The notes: a model not told the origin generated them from the letters alone. DNA of 64,000 nucleotides from an uncultured Verrucomicrobiae bacterium (GCA_963769025.1 CAVYKI010000003.1:1248001-1312000), one strand, 5' to 3'; positions 1 through 10,357 are shown, counted from the stretch's first letter. Made by a program: numbers and translations.

Positions 1-1
1 C

Positions 2-580
2 ATCCGCAAAGGCGGCGACCGAGAGGCATTCCTGAAGCGCTTCGAAGGCGCCTACAGCCCCGGCTTTGATCCCGACAAGCATCTCCGCCGCGTCGGTGTC
101 GCGAACCAGACCACGATGATGCGCGGCGAGACTGAGGAAGTGCAGAAGCGCATCATGGCCGCCGTGCGCGACCGCGACGGCGAGACGGGGGTGAAGGACA
201 ACTACCGCTTTTTCGACACCATCTGCGGCGCCACGCAGGAGCGGCAGGACGCGCTGAAGGACATGCTGCAAAAGAAGATGGACCTGCTGCTCGTCATCGG
301 CGGCTACAACAGCTCGAACACCTCGCACCTCGCGGAAATGGGCGAGGCGTTGCTGCCCACGTATTTCATCCGCAACGCCGGCAAGCTCGAGTCGCGGGAT
401 CGCATCGTGCATTTCAACCAGCACGCGAACAACGAAGTGACGACGGAAGGATGGATGCCCGCGGCACCCGCGACCATCGGCATCACCGCCGGCGCGAGCT
501 GCCCGAACAATCTCATCGAGGACACCATCCTGCGCACCTTCGAGCTCTACGGCATCCCGCGCGAGCGGGTGCTGTCGTAA
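2..580 (+). CDS. ispH: 4-hydroxy-3-methylbut-2-enyl diphosphate reductase (5' end outside window)
   Basis: Frame open from the window edge; motifs VANQTTM, DTICGATQERQ, VIGGYNSSNTSHL, GITAGASCP. Confidence 0.95.
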   Translation: MRKGGDREAFLKRFEGAYSPGFDPDKHLRRVGVANQTTMMRGETEEVQKRIMAAVRDRDGETGVKDNYRFFDTICGATQERQDALKDMLQKKMDLLLVIGGYNSSNTSHLAEMGEALLPTYFIRNAGKLESRDRIVHFNQHANNEVTTEGWMPAAPATIGITAGASCPNNLIEDTILRTFELYGIPRERVLS

Positions 581-592
581 GCCGCGGCGGGG

Positions 593-1558
593 CTACGTTG
601 CGCCGAGCCCGCCGAAAAATTTCCGCAGCCGCGATGAAACGGTGGCAAAGCTGAGGAAGGAAAGGGCGCGCTTTTGTGATTCCTGGACTGCGGCGCACCA
701 CGCGGCATCGTCGCGCAGCAGCGTCCCGGCATCGGCATCATCGCCGAAGGCGAGCTGATCCACCGCGCCGTTTCCGCCGATGCACGGCATCCTGCACAGC
801 AGTGCGTCGCCCGCGACCTGCCCGGGCACGGCGCTCGCGTCGAGCTGGAAGACCACGCGGCATTTCGCCATCTCGCGGAGGTAGTCGGGGTAGGGCAGCC
901 GCTCTTCGATCACACGCAGCGATCCGAATTCGAGCGCGTCGAGTTTTTTACGTCCGGCGCGCCCGTCGAGGTTGAAGACCGTCACCGGCTCGCCGAGCGA
1001 ACTCGCGCGCAGCAGCGCCGAGGCATGGTTGCGCGACGGTACATCCCATTCGCGCGTGCCGATGAAAATGCCTGAGCGCTCCACGAGCGGGCGCGAAAAA
1101 TCCCAGCGTGCGTCATCCACGGGATACGGCGTCGGGATGAACTCCGCTGCTTTTGCCCCGGCCGCGCGATAGAGCGGCACCAGCTCCGGCGTGCTGCTCA
1201 GCGCGCCATCCGCCAGCGCGCAGAGCTCCCGGAAAAGCGCGAGGTTCGTCGCGGAACCGAGCTGCTCGGCGACCTGGTGATGCCCGCTTTCCTTCCACGA
1301 AATCGCGACGATGCGGCCGGCGGCCTTGAGTGTCTTCAGCGCTGCGAGTGCCGGCTTCAAATCGCTCCGCAACAGCAGCAGCACGGCGCGCATTTCCGCG
1401 GGGATCGCCCTCACGTCGCGGAAAAATCCGCCGCGCGTGCAGGCGGCGTAAGCGTGGTAATTCACCGGCGCGTGGCCGCGCAGATCCACTGCGCCGGCCC
1501 CGTCGGGGAAGCGCTGCTCGCGGTCGCGGCCGCCGGGATTGAACACTGCGAGTTGCAT
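593..1558 (-). CDS. Hypothetical protein, glycosyltransferase (GT-B)-like
   Basis: ORF from MQLAVFNPGG; C-terminal YLREMAKCRVVFQ...GQVAGDALLCRMPCIG resembles the GT4 nucleotide-sugar-binding region. Confidence 0.6.
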   Translation of the reverse strand: MQLAVFNPGGRDREQRFPDGAGAVDLRGHAPVNYHAYAACTRGGFFRDVRAIPAEMRAVLLLLRSDLKPALAALKTLKAAGRIVAISWKESGHHQVAEQLGSATNLALFRELCALADGALSSTPELVPLYRAAGAKAAEFIPTPYPVDDARWDFSRPLVERSGIFIGTREWDVPSRNHASALLRASSLGEPVTVFNLDGRAGRKKLDALEFGSLRVIEERLPYPDYLREMAKCRVVFQLDASAVPGQVAGDALLCRMPCIGGNGAVDQLAFGDDADAGTLLRDDAAWCAAVQESQKRALSFLSFATVSSRLRKFFGGLGAT

Positions 1559-1656
1559 GTGGCGCGCAGCATCGCCGAAAGCCGCGCGCACTTCCAAGCA
1601 CAAGCGTCGCGCGCTCCGCCCTTGTCAGCGCGCCGGCGCGGCAATACCACGCGGGC

Positions 1657-3552
1657 ATGCTGCGCATCCCCGCCCTCCTGCTGCTCGCCGTTTCGTTCCT
1701 CCGTGCGCAGGATCCCGATGTCCTCGTCTATGGCGCGACGCCCGCGGGCATCGCCGCAGCCATCGCGGCTGCGGAGGCTGGGGAGAATGTGCTGCTCGTC
1801 GAACCGACGGACCGGATCGGCGGGATGGTCACGTCCGGGCTTTCCCACACGGACTTCCGCACCGTCGAGGGACTGACCGGCGCGTACCTGAAATTCGCCA
1901 GGAACGTCGAGCAGCACTATCGCGAGGCGTTCGGGCCAGACTCACCGCAGGTGCGGGATTCGTGGCGCGGCGTCTTTGCGGAGCCGAAGGTGAACCTCGC
2001 GGTCTTCGAGAAGATGATCGCCGCGCAGCCGAACATCACGCTCTGGAAAAACCGGCGCGTGTTCGGGGCACGGATGTCAGGAGATGCGGACGGCAGCTCG
2101 ATCGGGCTCGTCGCACTCATCGAGAACGACGGACGCACCACGCTGACGGTGACGGCGGACTACTACATCGATGCGACGTACGAGGGCGATTTGATCGCGG
2201 CGGCGAAGGTGCCGTACCGGGTCGGACGCGAAAGGCGCGACGAGTATGGCGAATCGCTGGCGCCGGAGCAGGCGGACGCGCAGCTCCAGGCCTACAATTT
2301 CCGGCTCACCGCCACGCAGGATCCGGCCAACCGCGTGATGCCGAAAAAGCCGAAGGGCTACCAGCGGGAGGATTTTGAGGGAGTGCTGCCGCTGTTCAAA
2401 AGCGGGAAGCTGAAGACGGTTTTCGGCTATCCGGGCGGCTGTCTTTACAAGGCGCAGACGCCTCCGCTGCCGAATGGAAAATATGACCTCAATGACGTGT
2501 CGGGCGGCATCGTGCGGCTGTCGCTGCCCGGCGAGAACCTCGAATGGCCCGATGGCGGCGGGGGTGCGGCGGTGCGCAGCGCGCCGGAGACGGCCGTGAT
2601 TCCCGAGGTGCCCTTTTCGCCCACCGGCCTCGCGCAGGCGCGCCATCGTGTCTTCGACACGCACCTGCGCTGGAATGTGGGACTGCTCTACTTTTTGCAA
2701 AATGATCCCGCCGTGCCTGCAAAGGTGTGCGACGAGGCGCGTTCCTGGGGCTGGTGCCGCGATGAATATGACGACAACGCGCATCTCCCGCCGCAGCTCT
2801 ACGTCCGCGAGGCGCGCCGGATGACGGGCGCCTACGTCTTCACCGAAAAGGACACCGAACATGCGCCGGATGACGCACGGGCCGTCTTGCGCACAGATGC
2901 GATCGCGATGGGCGATTACGGTCCGAACTGCCACGGCACTGCGCACGAAGGCTCGCGCTTCGGCGGGAAGCACACGGGCGAATTTTACAAACGTGTGTCG
3001 CCTTACCAAATCCCGTACGGCGTGCTCGTCCCGGTGAAGGTGGAGAATCTGCTTGCGCCCGGACCGGTGAGTGCGTCGCACGTGGGATTCTGCGCGCTGC
3101 GGCTGGAGCCGATCTGGATGTCGCTCGGCGAAGCGGCGGGCCATGCGGCGCACCTTGCGCATGCCGGCCGGAAGACCGTGCAACGCGTGTCCGTCCCCGA
3201 GCTTCAATCGCGCCTGCATTCCAGCGGCGGGGCCACGATCTACGTGAGCGACGTGCTGCCGGGGCACGCGGATTTTGCAGCCGTGCAGTGGTGGGGGACG
3301 GCGGGCGGCCTGCACGGTCTCGCGCCGATGCCGGCGACGCCGGGGGAGCGGGGGGAAAACCTCCACGGCCAGTACTACGAGGCGTTCCCGAATCACGCCG
3401 CGGAGCTGGAGCGCACGCTCGACGAGACGACCGCCGCGAAGTGGACGGCGCTCGCGCAGAAGCTGGGCATCGCGACTGACGCGTTGCCGAAGGCGGACGG
3501 AAAGGCGACCCGCGGCGAGTGGCTCCGGAAGGCGTGGGCACTGAAAAAGTAG
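1657..3552 (+). CDS. Secreted FAD-dependent oxidoreductase (FAD_oxidored family)
   Basis: Signal peptide; DVLVYGATPAGIAAA, IDATYEGD, LYVREARR, SASHVGFCALRLEPIWM. Confidence 0.9.
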   Translation: MLRIPALLLLAVSFLRAQDPDVLVYGATPAGIAAAIAAAEAGENVLLVEPTDRIGGMVTSGLSHTDFRTVEGLTGAYLKFARNVEQHYREAFGPDSPQVRDSWRGVFAEPKVNLAVFEKMIAAQPNITLWKNRRVFGARMSGDADGSSIGLVALIENDGRTTLTVTADYYIDATYEGDLIAAAKVPYRVGRERRDEYGESLAPEQADAQLQAYNFRLTATQDPANRVMPKKPKGYQREDFEGVLPLFKSGKLKTVFGYPGGCLYKAQTPPLPNGKYDLNDVSGGIVRLSLPGENLEWPDGGGGAAVRSAPETAVIPEVPFSPTGLAQARHRVFDTHLRWNVGLLYFLQNDPAVPAKVCDEARSWGWCRDEYDDNAHLPPQLYVREARRMTGAYVFTEKDTEHAPDDARAVLRTDAIAMGDYGPNCHGTAHEGSRFGGKHTGEFYKRVSPYQIPYGVLVPVKVENLLAPGPVSASHVGFCALRLEPIWMSLGEAAGHAAHLAHAGRKTVQRVSVPELQSRLHSSGGATIYVSDVLPGHADFAAVQWWGTAGGLHGLAPMPATPGERGENLHGQYYEAFPNHAAELERTLDETTAAKWTALAQKLGIATDALPKADGKATRGEWLRKAWALKK

Positions 3553-3621
3553 CCGCCGACGGCAGGAGGCGGGCTGATCTGACGGGATGACTTATGCCCG
3601 CCTCCTTCCGCCGCCGGCTAC
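3549..3621. repeat. GTAG-type REP doublet (inverted pair)
   Basis: GTAGCCGCCGACGGCAGGAGGCGGGC ... GCCCGCCTCCTTCCGCCGCCGGCTAC; the same unit recurs at 11854 and 13474-13567. Confidence 0.85.
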
Positions 3622-4903
3622 ATCAGCATCAGCGCGGGCGACTCGAGCAGTTTCTTGAGTTCGGAGAGGTAGTTCGCGCCGACTGCACCGTCCACCACGC
3701 GGTGGTCCGCGCTGAGCGTGATGCTCACGCGCTGGCCGACGACGATGGCGTCGCCGGGACCGACGACGGGCTTTTTCACGATCGCGCCGATGGCGAGGAT
3801 GAGCGCCTGCGGCGGATTGATGATCGCGCAGAACTGCTCGATGCCGTACGCGCCGAGGTTCGAGACGGTGATCGTGCCGCCGGCGAATTCGTCAGGCTTG
3901 AGCTTCTTGTTGCGGGCGCGCGTCGCGAGGTCTTTGACGGCGTCGCTGATTTCGCGGAGCGACTTTTTCTGCGCGTCGCGAATGACAGGCGTCACGAGTC
4001 CTTCCTCGACGGCGACTGCGACGCTGAGATTTACCGCGGCGTACTGGATGATCGAATCACCCGCAAAGCTCGCATTCACCTGAGGGACCTTTTGCGCGGC
4101 GGTCACGACTGCCTTGAGGACGAAATCGTTCACCGTGAGCTTCTGCGTGCCGGAGGCTTCGGCGGCGGTGTTGGCCTCGGCGCGCAGCTTCATGAGCGGG
4201 CCGGCGTCCACCTCGATGGTGAGGTAGAAATGCGGGAGATGTGTTTTGCTGGAGAGCAGCCGTTCGGCGATGATGCGGCGCATTCCGCTGAGCGGGATGA
4301 CCGTGTCGTCCGCGCCAGCCGGGACTGATGCGATGGTCGGAACCGAGGAGCCCCCGCCGCGGGCGATGCAGGGGCCGTCTCCACGTCGCGTGCGAGGATG
4401 CGGCCGCCGGGACCGGAGCCGCGGAGTGCGGAGAGATTCACGCCTTTGGAGGAGGCCATCTTTTTCGCGAGCGGCGACGCCTTTACCCGGACGCCGGAAG
4501 TGGAGGTCGCTGCGCGGGAACCGGTGGCCGGGGCGGCGTGCGTGGCCACGGCCGTTCCCGCGGCGGGAGCGCCGCTTGCGGGCGCGGGAGCTCCGGCGGC
4601 TGTAGCGGCGGCCGCCGGTTTCGCGGCGACCTCGGGAAGGGCGCCATCGGCGGGCGCCTGCTCATTCTTTCCGAGCAGTGTGGCGATGGGCGTGCCGCAC
4701 GGGACCTTCTGTCCGGCGGCGACGAGCAGCTTGTGGACGGTGCCGTCGTCGAAGGACTCGATCTCCATCGTTGCCTTGTCGGTTTCCACTTCGCCGAGGA
4801 TGTCCCCGGTGGCCACCTTGTCGCCTTCCTTGACGCGCCATTTGAGGAGTGTGCCCTCCGTCATCGTGTCGGCGAGCTTCGGCATTTCGATATTTTTGGC
4901 CAT
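3618..4903 (-). CDS. pdhC: Pyruvate dehydrogenase E2 dihydrolipoamide acetyltransferase (frameshift near 4355)
   Basis: Lipoyl domain VETDKATME, E3-binding ASPLAKK...GSGPGGRI, catalytic DHRVVDGA; frame changes in the linker at a C5 run. Confidence 0.9.
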
Positions 4904-5100
4904 GGAGAAAGTTGGTTGGGCGCATCCACGCCGGCGGGCGGGAAAGCGGGAGGCATTTAACGCGAATCGCGCGCTTGGGAAACAAAAACTCGGGGAGGGC
5001 GTGCCGGCGCGGCGTTGCGGGAAAGTGCTGTTCACCGGCGTGAAAGCGCGTTTTCCTGCGCGGCGTGAATGAACCCACTGCCGCGACGGGTGAGCCTTTG

Positions 5101-5514
5101 ATGCCGACGATCGAGATCGAACAGCAGGTGATGTTTTTCGACACGGACTGCGGCGGGGTGGTGCACAATCTCGCCTACCTGCGGATGATCGAGACGGCGC
5201 GGACGCTCCTCGCGGAGCAAATGGGCCTCGGCATGGTGGAGATGGCGGGCCGCGGAATCTACCCGGTGCTTCTCCGCACGGAGGCGGACTATCGCCGCCC
5301 GGCGAAACTGAGCGACCGGCTGCTCATCCGCGGGCGGATGGATCGCGTGGAACGGGCCCGGTTCTGGTGCGCGTTCGAGGTCGTTCGCCCGTTGGACAAT
5401 GTGCTGATGGTAAGCTGCCGGCAGAGCCTTGCGCTCATCCAGATGCCCGCGGGAAAGCCGCTGCGGCTGCCCGAGGACTGGGCGTCGCGCTTCGCGCATC
5501 TGCGCGCGCCGTGA
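5101..5514 (+). CDS. Acyl-CoA thioesterase (YbgC/4HBT family)
   Basis: DTDCGGVVHNLAYLRMIETAR hot-dog fold motif; alternative start at 5065. Confidence 0.85.
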   Translation: MPTIEIEQQVMFFDTDCGGVVHNLAYLRMIETARTLLAEQMGLGMVEMAGRGIYPVLLRTEADYRRPAKLSDRLLIRGRMDRVERARFWCAFEVVRPLDNVLMVSCRQSLALIQMPAGKPLRLPEDWASRFAHLRAP

Positions 5515-5524
5515 GCCGCGCGCG

Positions 5525-6901
5525 CTACCGCTGGAGCTGATCCTGCAGGAACTTCACGACCTGCCGGATTTTCTCGTCGGTGGTGATGCGCTCCTTCACG
5601 AGGCGATGCGCGTGCAGCACGGTGCCGTGGTCGCGTCCGCCAAAGGAATCGCCGATTTCCATGAGCGAGGACTTTGTGAGTTCGCGGGCGATGTACATCG
5701 CGATCTGCCGCGGGAAGGCGATGTTCTTCGGGCGGCGCTTGCTGGTCATGTCCGCGATGCGCACGTCGAAGTGCTCGGCCACGCGCTTCTGGATGTTGTC
5801 GATGCTCACGCTGCGGCGCGCCTCTTCCTGGAGCAGATCCTTCAGCAGGATTTCCACGCGCTCCTGCGAGGGAGTGCTGCCGGTCAGGGAAATCAGCGAC
5901 GCGACCCGCATGAGCGCGCCCTCGAGCCGGCGGATGTTCGTGCGGATGCGTTGCGCGATGAAGTCGATGAGCTCCGGCTCCAGCCGGATTTCGAGCGCCG
6001 CGGCCTTTTTCTGCAAAATCGCGGTGCGCGTCTCGACATCCGGCGGCTGGAGCTCGGCGGTCATGCCCCACTCGAATCGGGAGACGAGACGTGGCTCGAG
6101 GTTGTTGATTTCCGCAGGCGGGCGGTCGGAGCTGAGGACGATCTGCTTGTGGCCGTCGAAGAGCGTGTTGAACGTGTGGAAAAATTCCTCCTGCGAGCGT
6201 TCCTTGCCGGCGAGGAACTGGATGTCGTCGATGAGCAGCACATCGACCTGGCGGTAGCGCTTGCGGAATTTCACGAGCGTGCCGTTCTGGATGGCGTCGA
6301 TGAACTCGTTGGTGAAGCGCTCGCTGGTGACGTAGGCGACTTTCGCGCCCTTGCGCGTGGCCATGACCTCCTGGCCGATCGCATGCATGAGGTGCGTCTT
6401 CCCGAGACCGACGCCGCCGTAGAAGAACAGCGGGTTATAGACTTTTCCCGGCGTCTTTGCGACGGCGAGACACGCGGCGTGGGCGAACTGGTTGTTCGTG
6501 CCGACGACGAACGTCCCGAAGGTGTTGTTCGGGTTCATCCCGCTGGCCACGACCTTTTCCTCCGCCTCCTGCTCGGTCATCACCGCACGGGCAGGTGCAC
6601 GGCGGACCTCCGGTTCGGGCATGCTCCCGGCACCGTCGCATACGAAGCGGACTTCGAGCGGGGATTTCAGGACGAGGAGCACGGCGGCGCGCAGGGAGCC
6701 GATGTAGTTGTCCTCGATCCAATAGCGATAGATGTCGTTCGGAACCTTCAGGCTGATCTGCTTGGGGCTGATTTCGAGCGGTTCGACCGCCTTGAACCAG
6801 CGGTCGAAAACCTCGGGAGAAACCTCCGAGCGCAGGGCGTCGGAGATCTTGTCCCAGAGGGGTTTCACGTTGAGAGCTTCAGGCTTCTTATCCACAGGCA
6901 T
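5525..6901 (-). CDS. dnaA: Chromosomal replication initiator DnaA
   Basis: YNPLFFYGGVGLGKTHL, LLIDDIQFL, RLVSRFEWG, domain IV FGGRDHGTVLHA. Confidence 0.98.
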   Translation of the reverse strand: MPVDKKPEALNVKPLWDKISDALRSEVSPEVFDRWFKAVEPLEISPKQISLKVPNDIYRYWIEDNYIGSLRAAVLLVLKSPLEVRFVCDGAGSMPEPEVRRAPARAVMTEQEAEEKVVASGMNPNNTFGTFVVGTNNQFAHAACLAVAKTPGKVYNPLFFYGGVGLGKTHLMHAIGQEVMATRKGAKVAYVTSERFTNEFIDAIQNGTLVKFRKRYRQVDVLLIDDIQFLAGKERSQEEFFHTFNTLFDGHKQIVLSSDRPPAEINNLEPRLVSRFEWGMTAELQPPDVETRTAILQKKAAALEIRLEPELIDFIAQRIRTNIRRLEGALMRVASLISLTGSTPSQERVEILLKDLLQEEARRSVSIDNIQKRVAEHFDVRIADMTSKRRPKNIAFPRQIAMYIARELTKSSLMEIGDSFGGRDHGTVLHAHRLVKERITTDEKIRQVVKFLQDQLQR

Positions 6902-7250
6902 TTAAAGGGAGGAATTAATTTGGAAAATCATGGACCTTCAGGGAAAAAGCCGCGGGATGTTACGCAATCGAAACGGCGAAGCGTTCCACGGAAATGTGGT
7001 GCCGCTCGTAATCGATTCGGGTAACTGGCTTTTGTGGAAGGACTTCGAAAGGCTGTAGTTGTGGAACGCAGATACTTACTTTCTCCTGGCGCGAAATCCC
7101 CCCGGCCTTCGGTGACGAAGCCGTTACGGAATGTCTGGGATTGGATTTGCAGGTCTTGTTCACAACTTATTAACACCGGGATTGCTTTCGTCCGCAGGTG
7201 CGGTCGGAGTCTGAAAACCATGCTCTCTGCTGCCAAGATTTTTCCACCGA
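6888..7250. promoter_or_regulatory. DnaA-box cluster (dnaA autoregulatory region or candidate oriC)
   Basis: Perfect TTATCCACA at 6888-6896; 1-mismatch boxes TTGTTCACA 7156-7164, TTATTAACA 7167-7175, TTTTCCACC 7240-7248; 2-mismatch reverse boxes near 7033 and 7060; lower GC than flanks. Confidence 0.7.
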
Positions 7251-7401
7251 AGCGGTCGAACATTTTTCGGAAGAAAATGCTTGCTGTGGCCGGGAGTCTG
7301 GAAATTTGCAGGGTTGCAGCGTCGTGTCGGCTGAAAGTGACGGTTTCATGCCGGTTTCAGGGCGATTCGGTGTCGCGAAATCCGCCACATGCCTCTGGAA
7401 A

Positions 7402-9021
7402 CTAGCAGCCATGCGCCTTTTCGGGCTGTGCGTCCCGGGTCCGAAAACAGAGGGCGATAAAGAACGTGACCATGGTGCCCGAGAAAATCCACCACGGGAA
7501 CTCCAGCCTCGGCATCCACGCCGGGCGCGGCAGCCCGGTGCCGCCGAAGAGCGCGGCGACCGAGGCGTCGAGGCCGCTCAGGTACGTCACGGCGATGAAT
7601 CCGGCGGTCATCGCCACGGCGTTCCCGGCGTCGTTCCCCCGGCGGCGCGTGAAGAGGCCGACGAGAAACACACCGAGCAGCGAGCCATACGTGTAGCCGA
7701 AAATCCCGAGGATGATCGGAATGATGCGAAGCTTGGGGTTCATCGCGCTGACCCACGCGGTCGCGAGCCCGACGGCGATGAGCAGCACCGCGAAGAGGAC
7801 CGTGCCGAGGCGGAAGACGCGCACGCGGCCCGCCTCCGTGGCCGGCTCGCCGAACCAGCGGAAATGGAAGTCGCGCACATAGGAGGTCGCGAGCGAATTG
7901 AGCGCCGTGCTCAGCGATCCCATCGTGGTGGCGAGCACGCCCGCGAGCACGAGCCCGCGCAGGCCGCCGGGCATCGCCGTGAGGATGAAATGCGGGAACG
8001 CCTTGTTCGGCACGGCCATGCCTTCCGCCGTGCGCGGCAGCAGCGGGTCCGCCGTCACGCTGTAATGCACCGCGAGCAGGATGCCGATGCTCAGCACGCA
8101 AAACTGGATAGGCACATCCACCAGCCCGCTGACGATCGTCGCGAATCCGCTCTGGCGCTTGTTTTTCGCGGTGAGCATCCGCTGCACCATGTCCTGGTCG
8201 GTGCCATGCGTGGCGAGCGTCACAAACGTCGATCCGAGAAATGCCGCGAACAGCGTGTACTCCTGCTCCAGCACGTGCTTCACATTTCCCCAAAAACCGA
8301 GGCCCTCCTGCGTCCCCAAATCAATGACCTTCGCGCCGAACAGATGCGGTTTCGCCGCTTCCCAGCCGCCAACATGCCCGATGAGGTAGTGCAGCGAAAA
8401 CGCGAGTGCGCAGATGAGCACGATGATCTGCAGCACGTCCGTCCAGATCACCGCGCGGATGCCGCCGATGGTCGTGTAAATCGCCGTCGCCACCGCGACG
8501 AAGACAAGCGCGCCCGCCGTGAGCCAGAATTCCCGCACCGGCGTCGCTGCCACGCCGGGATGCGCGAGGTTCCAGATCATCACCAGCAGCACGGTCGGCA
8601 CCCAGAGCCGCGTGCCGCTGGCGAGCAGCCGCGTGACGAGGAACACCGCCGAGGCCGACCGGCGCGTCCGCGGCCCAAAGCGCATCTCGAGGAATTCGTA
8701 AATGCTCACGACGTTATGCCGGTAGTACGCAGGGATGAAGACCAGGCTCACCACCACGCGCGCGAGCAGGTAGCCGATGATGAGCTGGACGTACGTGTAG
8801 TTCCGCAGCGCGAAGCCCTCGCCCGGCGCGCCGAAAAACGTGCCCGCGGAAATCTCCGCCGCAAGGATGCTCGCCAGCACCGCCCACCACGCGATCTGCC
8901 GGTTCCCCAGCGCGAAGCCTTCCACCGATTTCGTGCCCCGGCTCATCCAAAGCCCGATGCCGATGACCATCCCGAAGTACGCGACGATCACGATGGCATC
9001 GAAAATAAGGGCGGTGCTCAT
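7402..9021 (-). CDS. Sodium:solute symporter (SSS family)
   Basis: Many TM segments; YTTIGGIRAVIWTDVLQ, GTDQDMVQRML, MGSLSTALNSLAT. Confidence 0.93.
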   Translation of the reverse strand: MSTALIFDAIVIVAYFGMVIGIGLWMSRGTKSVEGFALGNRQIAWWAVLASILAAEISAGTFFGAPGEGFALRNYTYVQLIIGYLLARVVVSLVFIPAYYRHNVVSIYEFLEMRFGPRTRRSASAVFLVTRLLASGTRLWVPTVLLVMIWNLAHPGVAATPVREFWLTAGALVFVAVATAIYTTIGGIRAVIWTDVLQIIVLICALAFSLHYLIGHVGGWEAAKPHLFGAKVIDLGTQEGLGFWGNVKHVLEQEYTLFAAFLGSTFVTLATHGTDQDMVQRMLTAKNKRQSGFATIVSGLVDVPIQFCVLSIGILLAVHYSVTADPLLPRTAEGMAVPNKAFPHFILTAMPGGLRGLVLAGVLATTMGSLSTALNSLATSYVRDFHFRWFGEPATEAGRVRVFRLGTVLFAVLLIAVGLATAWVSAMNPKLRIIPIILGIFGYTYGSLLGVFLVGLFTRRRGNDAGNAVAMTAGFIAVTYLSGLDASVAALFGGTGLPRPAWMPRLEFPWWIFSGTMVTFFIALCFRTRDAQPEKAHGC

Positions 9022-9049
9022 TTTGGTAAAGTGGACGACGGATCAACCG

Positions 9050-10357
9050 TCACACGCGGGCGGGCTCGACCACCGCGGCGGCGATCGCGCGTTGGAGGAC
9101 CTTGGAATTCCGTCCGCTGGCGTCGTACTTTTTCCGGCGCTCGGGCGGCAGTTCGTCCGGCGTGACTTCGATGTAGCCGCCCTTTTGCTGGAAGTAATTG
9201 AACGCCTGCGTCGAGAGCGCGAAGATGTGCTTCATCCCGCGCTGCGCTGCCAGCTGCTCGGCGAAGGCCATCATCTTCCGGCCAAAGCCCTGCCCCTCGT
9301 GGCTCTTCGCGACGTAGAGGCACGCGAGCTCGGATTTCTGCGCCTCGGGGTAATCATGCACGGCGACGCACGCGACGAGCTGCCGGTCGATTTCCAGCAC
9401 CCAGTAGTCGTCGAGCTGCGCGAGAAGGTCGGCCCGCGTGCGCTTCACGAGTTCCGCGTGCTCGACGGACGAGCGGATGAGGATGAGCAGCGCGCGCACG
9501 TCCTTTTTGAACACGCGCCGGATCTGCTGGTAGTCGTTGCCGTAGATCATCGTGCCCACGCCCTCCGGGCTGAACACCTCGGCGAGCAGCGCCTCGTCCA
9601 CGTTGCCGTTGAGCAGATGCACGCGCGGCACTCCGTTGCGGCAGGCGCGCGCGCCGTGCTCGAGTTTGGAAATCGCCCCCGCATCGGTCGGCAGCCGGCG
9701 CTTCTTCACGAGTTCGTCCGCCTCCGCGATGCTGAGCTGGCGGATGAGTTCGCCGTTCACGAGCATCGCGTCCTGTGCGCCGAGGTAGATGATTTTCATC
9801 GCCTGCACCGCCTGCGCGACCTCGACGGCGATCGCGTCGCTGTTCACGCGGAACGTGCGCCCCTCGCCGTCGAAACCGATCGGCGGCACGACGGGAATCA
9901 CGCCTTCGTTCAGGAGCAAATGGAGCAGCTTCGTGTCCACGCGCTCGACCTTGCCGGTGTGCAGAAAATCCACGCCGCCGAGGATGCCCGCGGGATGCGC
10001 GATGACCGCGTTCGCGTACGCCGCGCGCAGGTCCACGCTCGTGAGGCCCTGCATGATGTCGTTCATCAGCGTCGTCGCCGCGTCGAGCGAGACCTTCAGC
10101 GTCGCCTCGTCGGTGATGCCCGTGCCGTCGCTGTTCGTGAGCTTCACCTTGCGCTCCGCCGCGAGCCTCTCGATCTGCGAGGCCGCGCCGTGGACGAGGA
10201 TCACCTTCACGCTCAGCGAGCGCAGCACCGCGAGATCGAGCAGGATGTTGCCAAAATTCGGCGACCCCGCGATCTCGCCATCCACCGCGATCACGAAGAT
10301 TTTTTCCCGGAAGCGGGGGACGTAGGTAAGGATGCCGCGAAGGTCGGAGACTTTCAT
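9050..10357 (-). CDS. argA: Amino-acid N-acetyltransferase (N-acetylglutamate synthase)
   Basis: Amino-acid-kinase-like N-terminal domain (ILVHG, EVFSPEGVGTMI) plus C-terminal GNAT domain (ELACLYV...GQGFG, RNSKV). Confidence 0.92.
   Translation of the reverse strand: MKVSDLRGILTYVPRFREKIFVIAVDGEIAGSPNFGNILLDLAVLRSLSVKVILVHGAASQIERLAAERKVKLTNSDGTGITDEATLKVSLDAATTLMNDIMQGLTSVDLRAAYANAVIAHPAGILGGVDFLHTGKVERVDTKLLHLLLNEGVIPVVPPIGFDGEGRTFRVNSDAIAVEVAQAVQAMKIIYLGAQDAMLVNGELIRQLSIAEADELVKKRRLPTDAGAISKLEHGARACRNGVPRVHLLNGNVDEALLAEVFSPEGVGTMIYGNDYQQIRRVFKKDVRALLILIRSSVEHAELVKRTRADLLAQLDDYWVLEIDRQLVACVAVHDYPEAQKSELACLYVAKSHEGQGFGRKMMAFAEQLAAQRGMKHIFALSTQAFNYFQQKGGYIEVTPDELPPERRKKYDASGRNSKVLQRAIAAAVVEPARV

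Noticed and set aside
6930..7058. 42-aa ORF after GGAGG, divergent from dnaA
   Set aside because: SD spacing is too long for the ATG, codons are atypical, and it overlaps DnaA-box-like sites
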